64,000 nucleotides of DNA from an uncultured Thermoleophilia bacterium (GCA_963769545.1 CAVYMB010000003.1:22386-86385); one strand, 5' to 3'; shown: positions 35,817 to 44,113, counted from the stretch's first letter. The notes: generated by a model not told the origin, from the letters alone. Numbers and translations: made by a program.

Positions 35817-36724
35817 ACGTCCTCCGCGGGCGGTTCGAGGCCGAGGCGGTCGAAGCGCGATCGCAGCGACGGCGGGTTGCGCCACATCCCGCGCATGGGG
35901 TCGGCCGCGGCCGCAATGCGCGCCGGCATCGTCTCCAGCGTGAACGCCTCGGGCTCGACGCCGGCGACTTCGTCCCAACGCAGCGGCGCCGAGACGCGCG
36001 CGTCCGGCGTCGGACGAACCGAATACGCAGCCGCGATCGTGCGGTCGCGGGCGTTCTGGCCGAAGTCGACGAAGACGCCTACACGATCGGCGACGCGCCA
36101 TGTCGTCGTCGCTACCCGTTGATCGCCGATCCGCCGCTCGACCTCCTCCGCCACCGCCTTGGCGAAGCGCCGCACGTGCGGAAACTCGAGCTCGGGCCGG
36201 ATCGGCGCAAGCACGTGGAGGCCGGTGGCGCCCGAGGTCTTCGGGTACGACCGCAGCCCGAGCCCGTCGAGCACGTCGCGGACGACGAGCGCGATCTCGC
36301 GCACGAACGGCCACTGCCCGTCGCTCGTCGGATCGAGGTCGATCAGCAGATAGTCGGGCTGCTCGATCCGCTGGACGCGCGAGTGCCACGTGTGCAGCTC
36401 GATGCAGCCGAGGTTCGCGACCCAGGCAAGCGCCGCTGCGTTGTCGACGATCGCGAACACCGTCGAATGCCCGCTCGGGAACTGGACGAAAACGTCGTCG
36501 ACGTAGTCCGGATGGTTCGCCGGCACCCGCTTCTGGTGGAAGAAGTCCGCGTCGACGCCGTTCGGGAACCGCTTCATGTGGAACGGGCGGCGACGCAGGT
36601 GGGGGAGGGCGAGCTCGGCGACGCCGAGGTAGTAGGTGACGAGGTCGAGCTTCGTCAGGCGGCGGGCCGGGAAGAACAACTTCTCGGGGTTCGAGACCGG
36701 GACGTCGTTGCGTCCGATGCGCAT
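35813..36724 (-). CDS. Stand-alone LigD-type polymerase/primase (PrimPol) domain protein for NHEJ
   Basis: Listed ORF. Motifs NPEKLFFP, FHQKR, LIDLDP and KTSGATGLHV are present. It converges on the ligase gene with a 4-nt overlap. Confidence 0.85.
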   Translation of the reverse strand: MRIGRNDVPVSNPEKLFFPARRLTKLDLVTYYLGVAELALPHLRRRPFHMKRFPNGVDADFFHQKRVPANHPDYVDDVFVQFPSGHSTVFAIVDNAAALAWVANLGCIELHTWHSRVQRIEQPDYLLIDLDPTSDGQWPFVREIALVVRDVLDGLGLRSYPKTSGATGLHVLAPIRPELEFPHVRRFAKAVAEEVERRIGDQRVATTTWRVADRVGVFVDFGQNARDRTIAAAYSVRPTPDARVSAPLRWDEVAGVEPEAFTLETMPARIAAAADPMRGMWRNPPSLRSRFDRLGLEPPAEDV

Positions 36725-36744
36725 GCAGCGAGTATCGTGAAGGC

Positions 36745-37038
36745 GTGTTGGAACGGGGCCCGTTGACCGACGCCACCCTCGAGCCGCTCGACGACTACCT
36801 CGTCGTGCAGCCGCTCGAGGACGGCGAGACGGCGAGCGGCCTGATCGTCCCGGTGAACGAGGCGACTCAGATCCGGACCGGCATCGTTGCCGCGATCGGG
36901 CCCGACGTCGCCGCGATCGAGCCGGGCGACAAGGTGCTCTACCCGCGCGACGCCGGCTACGAGGTCCGGCTCACGCGTTCCTCGCACCGCGTCCGCGTGC
37001 TCAAGCGCGAGGACGTGATCGCCCGCATTCACGATTGA
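36745..37038 (+). CDS. groES: Co-chaperonin GroES (Cpn10) family protein, orphan copy
   Basis: Listed ORF with a GTG start after GAAGG. LEPLDDYLVVQP..ETASGLIVP..GIVAAIGPD..EPGDKVLY follows the Cpn10 pattern. No groEL is adjacent. Confidence 0.65.
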   Translation: MLERGPLTDATLEPLDDYLVVQPLEDGETASGLIVPVNEATQIRTGIVAAIGPDVAAIEPGDKVLYPRDAGYEVRLTRSSHRVRVLKREDVIARIHD

Positions 37039-37081
37039 ACGACACACGACGTAGGCCCGCGCGCTGCGGGCCTACGCGAAG

Positions 37082-37170
37082 CGGAGAGGGAGGGATTTGA
37101 ACCCTCGACGCACCTTTCAGCACGTACGCGATTTCCAATCGCGCTCCTTAGACCGCTCGGACACCTCTCC
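37082..37170 (-). tRNA. tRNA-Ser (anticodon GGA)
   Basis: The reverse complement folds by hand into a cloverleaf. It has acceptor GGAGAGG/CCTCTCC, anticodon stem CGCGA/TCGCG with loop TTGGAAA, a long variable arm, and T-arm GAGGG-TTCAAAT-CCCTC. CCA is not encoded. Confidence 0.9.
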
Positions 37171-37243
37171 GAGCGCCGCGCAGCGTATCCAACGCACCGT
37201 CAAAGACCTTGACCGTCAATCACATTGACGATAATCTCCCGGC

Positions 37244-37705
37244 GTGAGCGGCGAGGCCGAGTGGTACGACGAGCTCGTCCTGCCGGTGCTCCTCGCCGAG
37301 GCCCGGCGAACGTACGGCACCGCGATCCGACGCGCTCTGGCGGCGGCCGGCTTCGACGACATGCCGCGCGCCGGCGCCCGGGTGGTCGGCGGGATCGCCC
37401 GCGACAGCGGGATGCCACTGCGCGAGGTCGCGGTCGCGCAGGCGGTCTCGAAGCAGGCCGCGAGCCAGCTCGTCGACACGCTCGTGGCGCGCGGGTACGT
37501 CGTGCGCGTCCCGGACGGGGACGACCGGCGGCGCCTGTCGATCGCCCTCACGGATCGCGGCCGTGCCGCTGCCGCGGAGATTCGCGGCGCCGTCGACGCC
37601 GTCGATAGCGCGTTCGTGGAGGCAGTCGGTCCGGCCGAGGTGGCGCGCGTGCGCGCGGCGCTCGGGATGCTCGTCGCGCTGCGTCCCGGCGACCCCGAGC
37701 CGTAG
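37244..37705 (+). CDS. MarR family transcriptional regulator
   Basis: Listed ORF with a GTG start. The winged-HTH pattern AVAQAVSKQAASQLVDTLVARGYVVRVPDGDDRRRLSIALTDRG is present. Confidence 0.8.
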   Translation: MSGEAEWYDELVLPVLLAEARRTYGTAIRRALAAAGFDDMPRAGARVVGGIARDSGMPLREVAVAQAVSKQAASQLVDTLVARGYVVRVPDGDDRRRLSIALTDRGRAAAAEIRGAVDAVDSAFVEAVGPAEVARVRAALGMLVALRPGDPEP

Positions 37706-37721
37706 CGATGTGTCGGTCGGC

Positions 37722-38460
37722 TCAGCCGGTGCGGCGGCGCAGCGTCAATGCGCCGAGGCCGAGCGCACCGAGCGTGCCTCCTGCGACGACCAGAGCGTCG
37801 AGCGCGATACGGCCGCTCAGCGGCTCGATCGACGTCGCGCGGGCGAGCGCGTCATACGCGTAGGTGAGCGGCAGCGCCCAGGAGATCGCGTAGAGTACGG
37901 AGGCCATGTCCGCTCGGTCGACGAACAGTCCGCACAGCAGCAGCTGAGGGAAGATCAGGGCCGGCATGAACTGCACGGCCTGAAACTCGGTCGCCGCGAA
38001 CGCGCTCACCAGCAGACCCGAGCGACATCCCGAGCAGCGCGTTCAGGATCGCAAGCACGGCGACCAGCCACGCGCCGTGCGGCGCGTCGAGCCCGAGGAA
38101 GACGAATCCGACGACGCAGACGACCGTTGCCTGCGCGGCGGCCAGAAGCCCGAAGGCGATGCCGTAGCCCGCGAGCAGGTCGAGCTTCGCGAGCGGGAGT
38201 GTCATCAGCCGCTCGAGCGTCCCGGTCGTCCGTTCACGCAGCATCGTGATCGACGTGACCAGGAACATGACGATGAACGGGAACAGACCGCAGAGTGGGG
38301 CGCCGATCGACTGGAAGACCGCCGGGCGGCCGTCGAAGACATAACGCAACAACACGAGGAGCAGCGCGGGCACTGCGAGCAGCAGCGCGATCGTTCGCGG
38401 GTCGTGCCGGATCTGCCAGAGCACGCGCTGTGCGGTGGCGAAGGTGACGCGGACGCTCAT
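37722..38460 (-). pseudogene. ABC-2 type transporter permease interrupted by a +1 frameshift near 38016
   Basis: The N-terminal part (MSVRVTFATAQRVLWQIRHDPRTIALLL...NALLGMSLG) is in the frame of listed ORF 37852..39171. The C-terminal part (LLVSAFAATEFQAVQFMPALIFPQLLLCG...) is listed ORF 37722..38009. The two frames join if one nucleotide is removed at ctcggg-t-ctgctg. Confidence 0.75.
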
Positions 38461-39171
38461 CCGTCCGGCTCGGCCGACTCGATCACAGCCAGGAACGCCT
38501 TCGCCAGGTCGTCCTGCCCGGTGCGACGGCGCAGCTCGTCCGGCGTCGACCGTTCGAGCAGCGACTCCGTCGCGCATCAGCAGCAGCTCGTCGCATTCGC
38601 CCGCCTCGTCCATCACGTGGCTCGAGACGAGCAGCGTCGTGCCGTTCCGAGCGAGCTCGTGGAACATGCGCCAGAGCTCCGCTCGCAGCACCGGATCGAG
38701 CCCGACTGTCGGCTCGTCGAGGACGAGCACCTTCGGGCCCCCGAGCAGCGCGCTTGCGAGCGACACGCGCGCCCGCTGGCCGCCCGACAGCGCCGACGTC
38801 AGCCGGGTGGTGAACCCGGAGAGGCCGACGGACTCCAGCACCGCCTCGACCCGGTCGCGTCCGACCCCGGTGATGTGCGCGAAGTACCGCAGGTTCTCGA
38901 GCACGGTCAGGTCGCCGTAGACCGAAGGCGCCTGCGTCACGTAGCCGACCTGTCGGCGCAGCGCGGGGGAGCCCGCGGGGAGCCCGAGCACTGTCACCGT
39001 TCCGCCGCTGACGATCTGCACCCCGACGATCGCACGCATGAGCGTGCTCTTGCCGCAGCCGCTCGGGCCGAGAAGCCCGGTCACCGAGCCGTCGTCGACG
39101 GTCAGCGAGAGGTCGTGGAGCACCTCGACGCCGCCGCGGGCGACGCGCAGACCCTCGACGTCGATCGCCAC
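38457..39171 (-). pseudogene. ABC transporter ATP-binding protein interrupted by a +1 frameshift near 38566
   Basis: Walker A GPSGCGKST, signature LSGGQRARV and Walker B LVLDEPT are intact. After LLLMRDG the frame slips. The expected C-terminus SLLERSTPDELRRRTGQDDLAKAFLAVIESAEPDG-stop is read in the adjacent frame and ends in an ATGA overlap with the permease start. Confidence 0.75.
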
Positions 39172-39174
39172 GAA

Positions 39175-39696
39175 CTAAGAGGACTGCAACGGGCGCGTGC
39201 TGACGTGCCCTGCGTCGTCGACGCTGACAAGCATCAACTCGGTGTCACGCCGAAGCACGGCCGAATCCGCGCTCTGGCTGTCCAGCGCCCAGCCTTGCAT
39301 CGCCCAGCTCGCGACCGCTCCGTCGAGGCGGCGGCGCCGCTCCGCGGCGGTGACCTTCTCGCTGCCGCCGCGGCGGGCGAGCAGCACCACCACGATGATC
39401 AGCGCCGCCGCGAGGATCCCGAGCAGCACCCAGACCCAGGCCTCGGTCCCGCTGCTCGAGCTCGACGACTCCGTGGTCGTCGGGATCGTTCGGGTGATCG
39501 ACGGTAGGGTCGTCGTTCGCTCGACGGTCGTCGTCGCGATCACCGTCTCGCCCGGCAAGGTGGTGGTCTCGGTGACCGTCGTCGCGTCGGTCGTCGTCGT
39601 GTCGGCTGCCACGCCATCGACTGCGATCGCGCCGGCGAGCAGGATGCCCGCCGCGAACAGCACCGCCAGGCCGGAGAGCTTGATCGCGCGCGGCAT
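39175..39696 (-). CDS. Thr-rich bitopic membrane protein (173 aa), first gene of the ABC operon
   Basis: Listed ORF. It has a signal or anchor segment LSGLAVLFAAGILLAGAIAV, a Thr-rich spacer, and a second TM segment WVWVLLGILAAALIIVVVLLA. Its stop lies 3 nt before the ATPase start. Confidence 0.55.
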   Translation of the reverse strand: MPRAIKLSGLAVLFAAGILLAGAIAVDGVAADTTTTDATTVTETTTLPGETVIATTTVERTTTLPSITRTIPTTTESSSSSSGTEAWVWVLLGILAAALIIVVVLLARRGGSEKVTAAERRRRLDGAVASWAMQGWALDSQSADSAVLRRDTELMLVSVDDAGHVSTRPLQSS

Positions 39697-39756
39697 CCCC
39701 GTATTCTTCCCGACGCGCCGGTCGACCGTCGCCGTTAGAGACTCGACCTGAAGCCT

Positions 39757-40842
39757 CTAGCGGTCGATCATCGCGCTCCAGCGCTCCTCGATCCGGCCTT
39801 TCTTCCAGACCAGGATCGAGATCGACCACGTCAGGACGAATGCGGTGACGATCCCGTAGCCGATGTGACCGAAGTCGAGATTGCCGAGCCAACCCCAGAA
39901 GCCGCTGTCGAGTGAGAGGCTGGTCGCGACCACCTGCAGCAGCTCGATCGTGCCGATGATCAGCGCCACGGCCACGGACAGGGTCGTGACCGTGATGTTG
40001 TAGTAGACCTTGCGCACCGGGTTCGAGAACGCCCAGCCGTAGGCGTGGCTCATGAACGCACCGTCAGCGGTGTCCATCAACGACATGCCGGCCGCGAAGA
40101 GGATCGGCAGGGACAGAACGGCGAGGAACGGCGCGTGCTTCGTCGCGACGCCGGCGGAGATCGCAAGCAGCCCGACCTCGGTGGCCGTGTCGAAGCCGAG
40201 CCCGAACAGGATGCCGAGCGGATACATCTGCCAGCTCGACTTGATCTTCCGCGAGACGCGGGCGAGGAAGAAGCGGTTCATCAGTCCGCGGTCGAGCAGC
40301 CGCTCCTCGAGTTGTTCCTCGTCGTACGCGCCCGTGCGCATCTCGCGGAAGATGCGCAGGACGTCGAGCAGCACGAGCAGGTTCAGCGCGCCGATGATCC
40401 AGAGGAACGTGCCCGAGATCCCGGTGCCGACGTACGTTCCCCAGTCCTGGAAGGACGGCGTGCTCGAGCTGACGGCTTTCGCGGCCACCGCGAGGCCGGT
40501 GACGAGCGAGAAGACGATCGTCGAGTGCCCGAGCGAGAAGAAGAAGCCGACGCCGAGCGAACGCTTCCCGTCGTGCAGGAACTTGCGGGTCGTGTTGTCG
40601 ATCGCGGCGATGTGGTCGGCGTCAAATGCATGGCGAAGGCCGAACGTGTACGCGAGCGTCCCGAGGCCCGCCAGGGCGGGGTTCGAGCGCGAGTAGTAGA
40701 CGAACAGCCCCCAGCCCAGCAGGTGCAGCAATGCGACGGCGGATCCAAACCCGGAGAGGCGCAGCCACTCCGCGGGCGTGAGCGTCCGCACCCAGACCGG
40801 CCACCGCCGCGATGCAGGGACGCGAGTCGGCACCGCCGTCAT
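39757..40842 (-). CDS. HoxN/HupN/NixA family nickel/cobalt permease (NiCoT)
   Basis: Listed ORF with the signature RHAFDADHIAAIDNTTR, plus LGFDTATEV, and about 8 TM segments. Confidence 0.9.
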   Translation of the reverse strand: MTAVPTRVPASRRWPVWVRTLTPAEWLRLSGFGSAVALLHLLGWGLFVYYSRSNPALAGLGTLAYTFGLRHAFDADHIAAIDNTTRKFLHDGKRSLGVGFFFSLGHSTIVFSLVTGLAVAAKAVSSSTPSFQDWGTYVGTGISGTFLWIIGALNLLVLLDVLRIFREMRTGAYDEEQLEERLLDRGLMNRFFLARVSRKIKSSWQMYPLGILFGLGFDTATEVGLLAISAGVATKHAPFLAVLSLPILFAAGMSLMDTADGAFMSHAYGWAFSNPVRKVYYNITVTTLSVAVALIIGTIELLQVVATSLSLDSGFWGWLGNLDFGHIGYGIVTAFVLTWSISILVWKKGRIEERWSAMIDR

Positions 40843-40846
40843 TCTG

Positions 40847-41335
40847 CTAGCTCCGCTCCGCCCGTTTCATCGCGATCGTGATGCCCCAACAATTGCTGCA
40901 AAGCCCCGCGATCGGGAAGTGCGTGAACGAGGCGTGGAAGCCGAACTCGTCTTCGATCAACTCGCGCACCGCGTCGAGCCGTTCCGACTCGATCTCCTTC
41001 ACGACTCCGCAGCGTTTGCACGCGAGATACTCGCACGGGTTGCCGCGGACGAGCGCGTACCTGCCGGGCGCGTGTCCGAGATGTACGTGGCAGACGAGAC
41101 CGAGCTCTTCGAGCGTCTCGAGGTTCCGGTAGACGACCGCGAGGTCCGAGGGCGGGATCCGCCCGCCGAGCCCGTCCGCGAGCTCTTCGGCGGTGACCGG
41201 GCGGTCGACCGCGAACAGGCCCTCGAGCAGCTGCCTGCGCGCCAGCGAGACCCGGCGCCCTCCGTCGCGGAGCAGCGAGACGGCGTCGTCGAGTGTCTCG
41301 AATGCGGGAGCTTCGCTGACCGCCGACCGTGCCAC
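40847..41335 (-). CDS. Fur family metalloregulator (possibly Nur-like)
   Basis: Part of listed ORF 40847..41464. The likely start is GTG at 41335. The DNA-binding part is SLARRQLLEGLF..VTAEELA. The metal sites are HVHLGHAPGRY, CKRCG and GLCSNC. It ends 4 nt before the NiCoT start. Confidence 0.8.
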   Translation of the reverse strand: MARSAVSEAPAFETLDDAVSLLRDGGRRVSLARRQLLEGLFAVDRPVTAEELADGLGGRIPPSDLAVVYRNLETLEELGLVCHVHLGHAPGRYALVRGNPCEYLACKRCGVVKEIESERLDAVRELIEDEFGFHASFTHFPIAGLCSNCWGITIAMKRAERS

Positions 41336-41387
41336 GCGGACAGTTCGCGCGGCGCATGCAACGCGGTTCGCCGTTGTTGTGGCGAGC

Positions 41388-41456
41388 TTGCAGTAAAAAC
41401 CCGCAATTTGCGGGCTGATTTGTGCAAACCGATGCATTGCGGTCGGCGAATCGCCG
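41388..41456. promoter_or_regulatory. Palindrome-rich, AT-enriched divergent promoter/operator region
   Basis: A perfect 15-bp palindrome cccgcaa-t-ttgcggg lies at 41400-41414. It is flanked by TTGCAG (41388) and GTGCAA (41423). There is also ATGCAT at 41432-41437 and cggcga-a-tcgccg at 41444-41456. Confidence 0.5.
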
Positions 41457-41489
41457 GTGACCACAACTGGGATCGAGGAGGGAGTGACG

Positions 41490-41780
41490 ATGGAACCAGT
41501 GGATCGCCGGAGATTCTTGAAGTCGGCCGGCGTCGTTGCGGGTACCGCGGCAGTGGTGGGGGCGCCGGGGCTCGCACGGGCAGCGACGGAGGGTGGCGCA
41601 GAAGTCGTCGACTCTCCTGGTGCAGTGGAGAAGGAGCCGGTGGTCGTCTATGTGCGCGACGCGGCACGTGGCGAGGTCACCGTCATGCACGGCGAGAAGG
41701 CGACGACCTACCGCGACCGCGGGCTCGTCAGGCAACTGCTCAAGGCGGCGCGCGCCACCCGCCCGAACGGGAAGGCGTGA
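41490..41780 (+). CDS. Small twin-arginine (Tat) signal-bearing protein (96 aa)
   Basis: Part of listed ORF 41457..41780, with ATG at 41490 after GGAGGAGGGAG. The leader is MEPVDRRRFLKSAGVVAGTAAVVGAPGLARA. Confidence 0.7.
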   Translation: MEPVDRRRFLKSAGVVAGTAAVVGAPGLARAATEGGAEVVDSPGAVEKEPVVVYVRDAARGEVTVMHGEKATTYRDRGLVRQLLKAARATRPNGKA

Positions 41781-41785
41781 GCTAG

Positions 41786-43165
41786 ATGTCGTCACATCGC
41801 GAAGCACCCGAGATCAGCAAGGACCCGGTCGCCGACAATACGGACGTCTACGCGTTCGTCAGCCCGGACAACCCCGACACGGTCACGATCATCACCAACT
41901 ACATCCCGCTCGAGAATCCGGCGGGCGGCCCGAACTTCTTCGAGTTCGGCGACGACGTCCTCTATTCGATCTACATCGACAACGACGGCGACGCGAAGCC
42001 GGATATCACCTACCAGTTCAGGTTCTCGACCGAGCTGCGCAACCCGAACACGTTCCTCTACAACACGGGGCCGATCAACTCGCTCGACGACCCGAACTGG
42101 AACAATCGCCAGTTCTACGACGTCACGCGCGTCAACGGCTCTGCGATCAGGCCGCAGTCGACGCTGATCGGCGATCATCTGTCGTCGCCCCCGTGCAACA
42201 TCGGGCCGCGGTCGACTCCGAACTACTCCACCCTCGCGCAGGCGGCGGTGCACACCCTGCCGACCGGAGAGACGGTCTTCGCAGGCCAGCGGAACGACGG
42301 CTTCTTCGTCGACCTCGGTGCGATCTTCGACCTCGGAGACCTGCGGCCGTTCCAGAACCTGCACCTGATCCCGTCCGCGGCGGCGGTCAGCGTCGACCCG
42401 CTCGCGACGCTGAACGTGCACACGATCGCGATCCAGATCCCGATCAAGAACCTGACCAAGGACGGAACGAAGCCGACCGACGCGACGAGCTCCAAGTCGG
42501 TGCTCGGCATCTGGGGGGCTTCGAGCCGCCAGGCCGTTCAGATCATCGACGGGTTCGACGCCAACGGGCACCGGAACATCGGGCCGTGGTCGCAGGTCTC
42601 ACGGCTCGGGAATCCGCTGTTCAACGAAGTGGTCGTCCCGCTCGGCAAGAAGGACCAGTGGAACGCGACGCCGCCGTCTGCGGACGCGGCGTTTGCGCAG
42701 TACGTGAAGCAGCCGGAGCTGTCGAAGCTGCTGCCCGTGCTCTACCCGGGTGTCTTCCCGCACCTCGCGGCGTTGACGGCGGACCGCGCCGATCTGGTCG
42801 CGATTCTGCTCACCGGGATCCCCTCGGGGATCGTGCCGGGCTTCCAGAACTTCACCGGCAACACGCTCGCCGACATGTTGCGGCTCAACGTCGCGATTCC
42901 GCCGGCGGCGAAGCCGAACGTGCTCGGCCTGCTCGGCGGCGACATCGCCGGGTTCCCGAACGGGCGGCGCGTCTTCGACGACGTCGTCACGGTCGAGCTC
43001 CGGGCATTCGCCGGCGCGACCTACCCGCTCGTCAATCCGTCCTACACGCCGGACGGTGCCGCCTCGGCGATCACCGAAGGGCTGACGCCGGCGGCCAACC
43101 GCTACCAGTCGAGCTTCCCGTACCTCGGGCTGCCGCACGACGGCTTCTCGACTCCGAGCAGCTGA
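41786..43165 (+). CDS. DUF4331 domain protein (no signal peptide)
   Basis: Listed ORF. The N-terminus MSSHREAPEISKDPVADNTDVYAFVSPD is the hallmark start of DUF4331, and LGNPLFNEVVVP is also present. Confidence 0.8.
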   Translation: MSSHREAPEISKDPVADNTDVYAFVSPDNPDTVTIITNYIPLENPAGGPNFFEFGDDVLYSIYIDNDGDAKPDITYQFRFSTELRNPNTFLYNTGPINSLDDPNWNNRQFYDVTRVNGSAIRPQSTLIGDHLSSPPCNIGPRSTPNYSTLAQAAVHTLPTGETVFAGQRNDGFFVDLGAIFDLGDLRPFQNLHLIPSAAAVSVDPLATLNVHTIAIQIPIKNLTKDGTKPTDATSSKSVLGIWGASSRQAVQIIDGFDANGHRNIGPWSQVSRLGNPLFNEVVVPLGKKDQWNATPPSADAAFAQYVKQPELSKLLPVLYPGVFPHLAALTADRADLVAILLTGIPSGIVPGFQNFTGNTLADMLRLNVAIPPAAKPNVLGLLGGDIAGFPNGRRVFDDVVTVELRAFAGATYPLVNPSYTPDGAASAITEGLTPAANRYQSSFPYLGLPHDGFSTPSS

Positions 43166-43167
43166 CG

Positions 43168-43482
43168 ATGGGTGAGAACCACTCGGCCCGGCCGCATCCC
43201 GAGCATGTCGTGCTCGAGATAGGAGACGACCTCGGTGCGCTGATCGTCTACACCGATCCCGACCTGCACGGCACGGAGATCGAGATCAGCCGCCGCGGCG
43301 AGGACGAGCGGCGGAGCCACAAGGACGTGCTCGAACGGAGCCGAAGCGGCGCGCCGTCGTTCGCGGCGGTGTTCGACCGGGTCGAGCAGGGCAGCTACAC
43401 GCTGTGGCTCGACGGATCGCCCCGCGCCCGGGACGTGATGATCCGGGGCGGCGCCGTGACCGAGCTCGACTGGAAGGGCTAG
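43168..43482 (+). CDS. Hypothetical protein (104 aa), last gene of the DUF4331 operon
   Basis: This is the tail of listed ORF 41536..43482, with ATG at 43168, 2 nt after the DUF4331 stop. The sequence MGENHSARPHPEHVVLEIGDDLGALIVYTDPDLHGTEIEI is His-rich and beta-type. Confidence 0.55.
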   Translation: MGENHSARPHPEHVVLEIGDDLGALIVYTDPDLHGTEIEISRRGEDERRSHKDVLERSRSGAPSFAAVFDRVEQGSYTLWLDGSPRARDVMIRGGAVTELDWKG

Positions 43483-43488
43483 GCGAGA

Positions 43489-43525
43489 GGCGAAGGGGAG
43501 CGGCGAGGGGCCGCTCCCCTTCGCC
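43489..43525 (+). terminator. Strong hairpin after the DUF4331 operon
   Basis: The arms ggcgaaggggagcggc and gccgctccccttcgcc form a 16-bp perfect stem with a 5-nt loop. No clear U-tract follows. Confidence 0.55.
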
Positions 43526-43545
43526 TGCGAGCTCCCGCTCGACCG

Positions 43546-44064
43546 GTGCGATATAACCGGGGTCAGGCGATGCCGGAACACGCGCTCGAGCTCGAGGAGC
43601 TGCACTTCCATCGCCTGCTCGTGGCGATCGACGGTTCGGGCAACGCGGAGCTTGCGCTCGCCGCCGCCTTGACCGCGAGCCGTCGCGACAACGGTCGGCT
43701 GACGTTGATCAGCGTTTCGCCGAAGCTGATGCGAGCGACCGGCTTCGCGAGCACGACCATCAGCAGCGAGCAGCTCCAGGACGAGGCCGACGCCGAAGCC
43801 CAACGGGTGCTTCGCGAAGCTGTCCGCCGGCTCCCCGACGATGTTCCAGCAGCGACGATCTTCCGCCAGGGCAAACCCGGGCCGGAGATCGTCGCAGCAG
43901 CAGCCAAGGGCGACTACGACGCGATCCTGCTCGGTGCCCGTGGCGTCGGCCGCGTCGGAGCGCTCGTCGGCAGCGTCAGCCAGTACGTGCTCCACCACGC
44001 CGAGATTCCCGTTGTCGTCGTCCACGCGCCCGGCGGTCGCTCGGCCCGGGACCCAGTCGATTAG
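43546..44064 (+). CDS. Universal stress protein (UspA family)
   Basis: Listed ORF; ATG 43570 is an alternative start. Motifs LLVAIDGS, DAILLGARGVGRVGALVGSVSQYVLHHAEIPVVVV are present. Confidence 0.8.
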   Translation: MRYNRGQAMPEHALELEELHFHRLLVAIDGSGNAELALAAALTASRRDNGRLTLISVSPKLMRATGFASTTISSEQLQDEADAEAQRVLREAVRRLPDDVPAATIFRQGKPGPEIVAAAAKGDYDAILLGARGVGRVGALVGSVSQYVLHHAEIPVVVVHAPGGRSARDPVD

Positions 44065-44113
44065 CCGGCGACGCGGCCCGTAGAAACGGGCAACCGCGAG
44101 CGGGTAGGCCCCG

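Noticed and set aside
37852-39171. 439-aa ORF that looks like a natural ABC ATPase-permease fusion protein
   Set aside because: The apparent fusion is created by a +1 frameshift. The linker translation (AARTVDAGRAAPSHRAGRPGEGVPG...) is out-of-frame sequence. The proper ATPase C-terminus and stop are present in the adjacent frame. The ORF also ends in out-of-frame sequence after a second shift.
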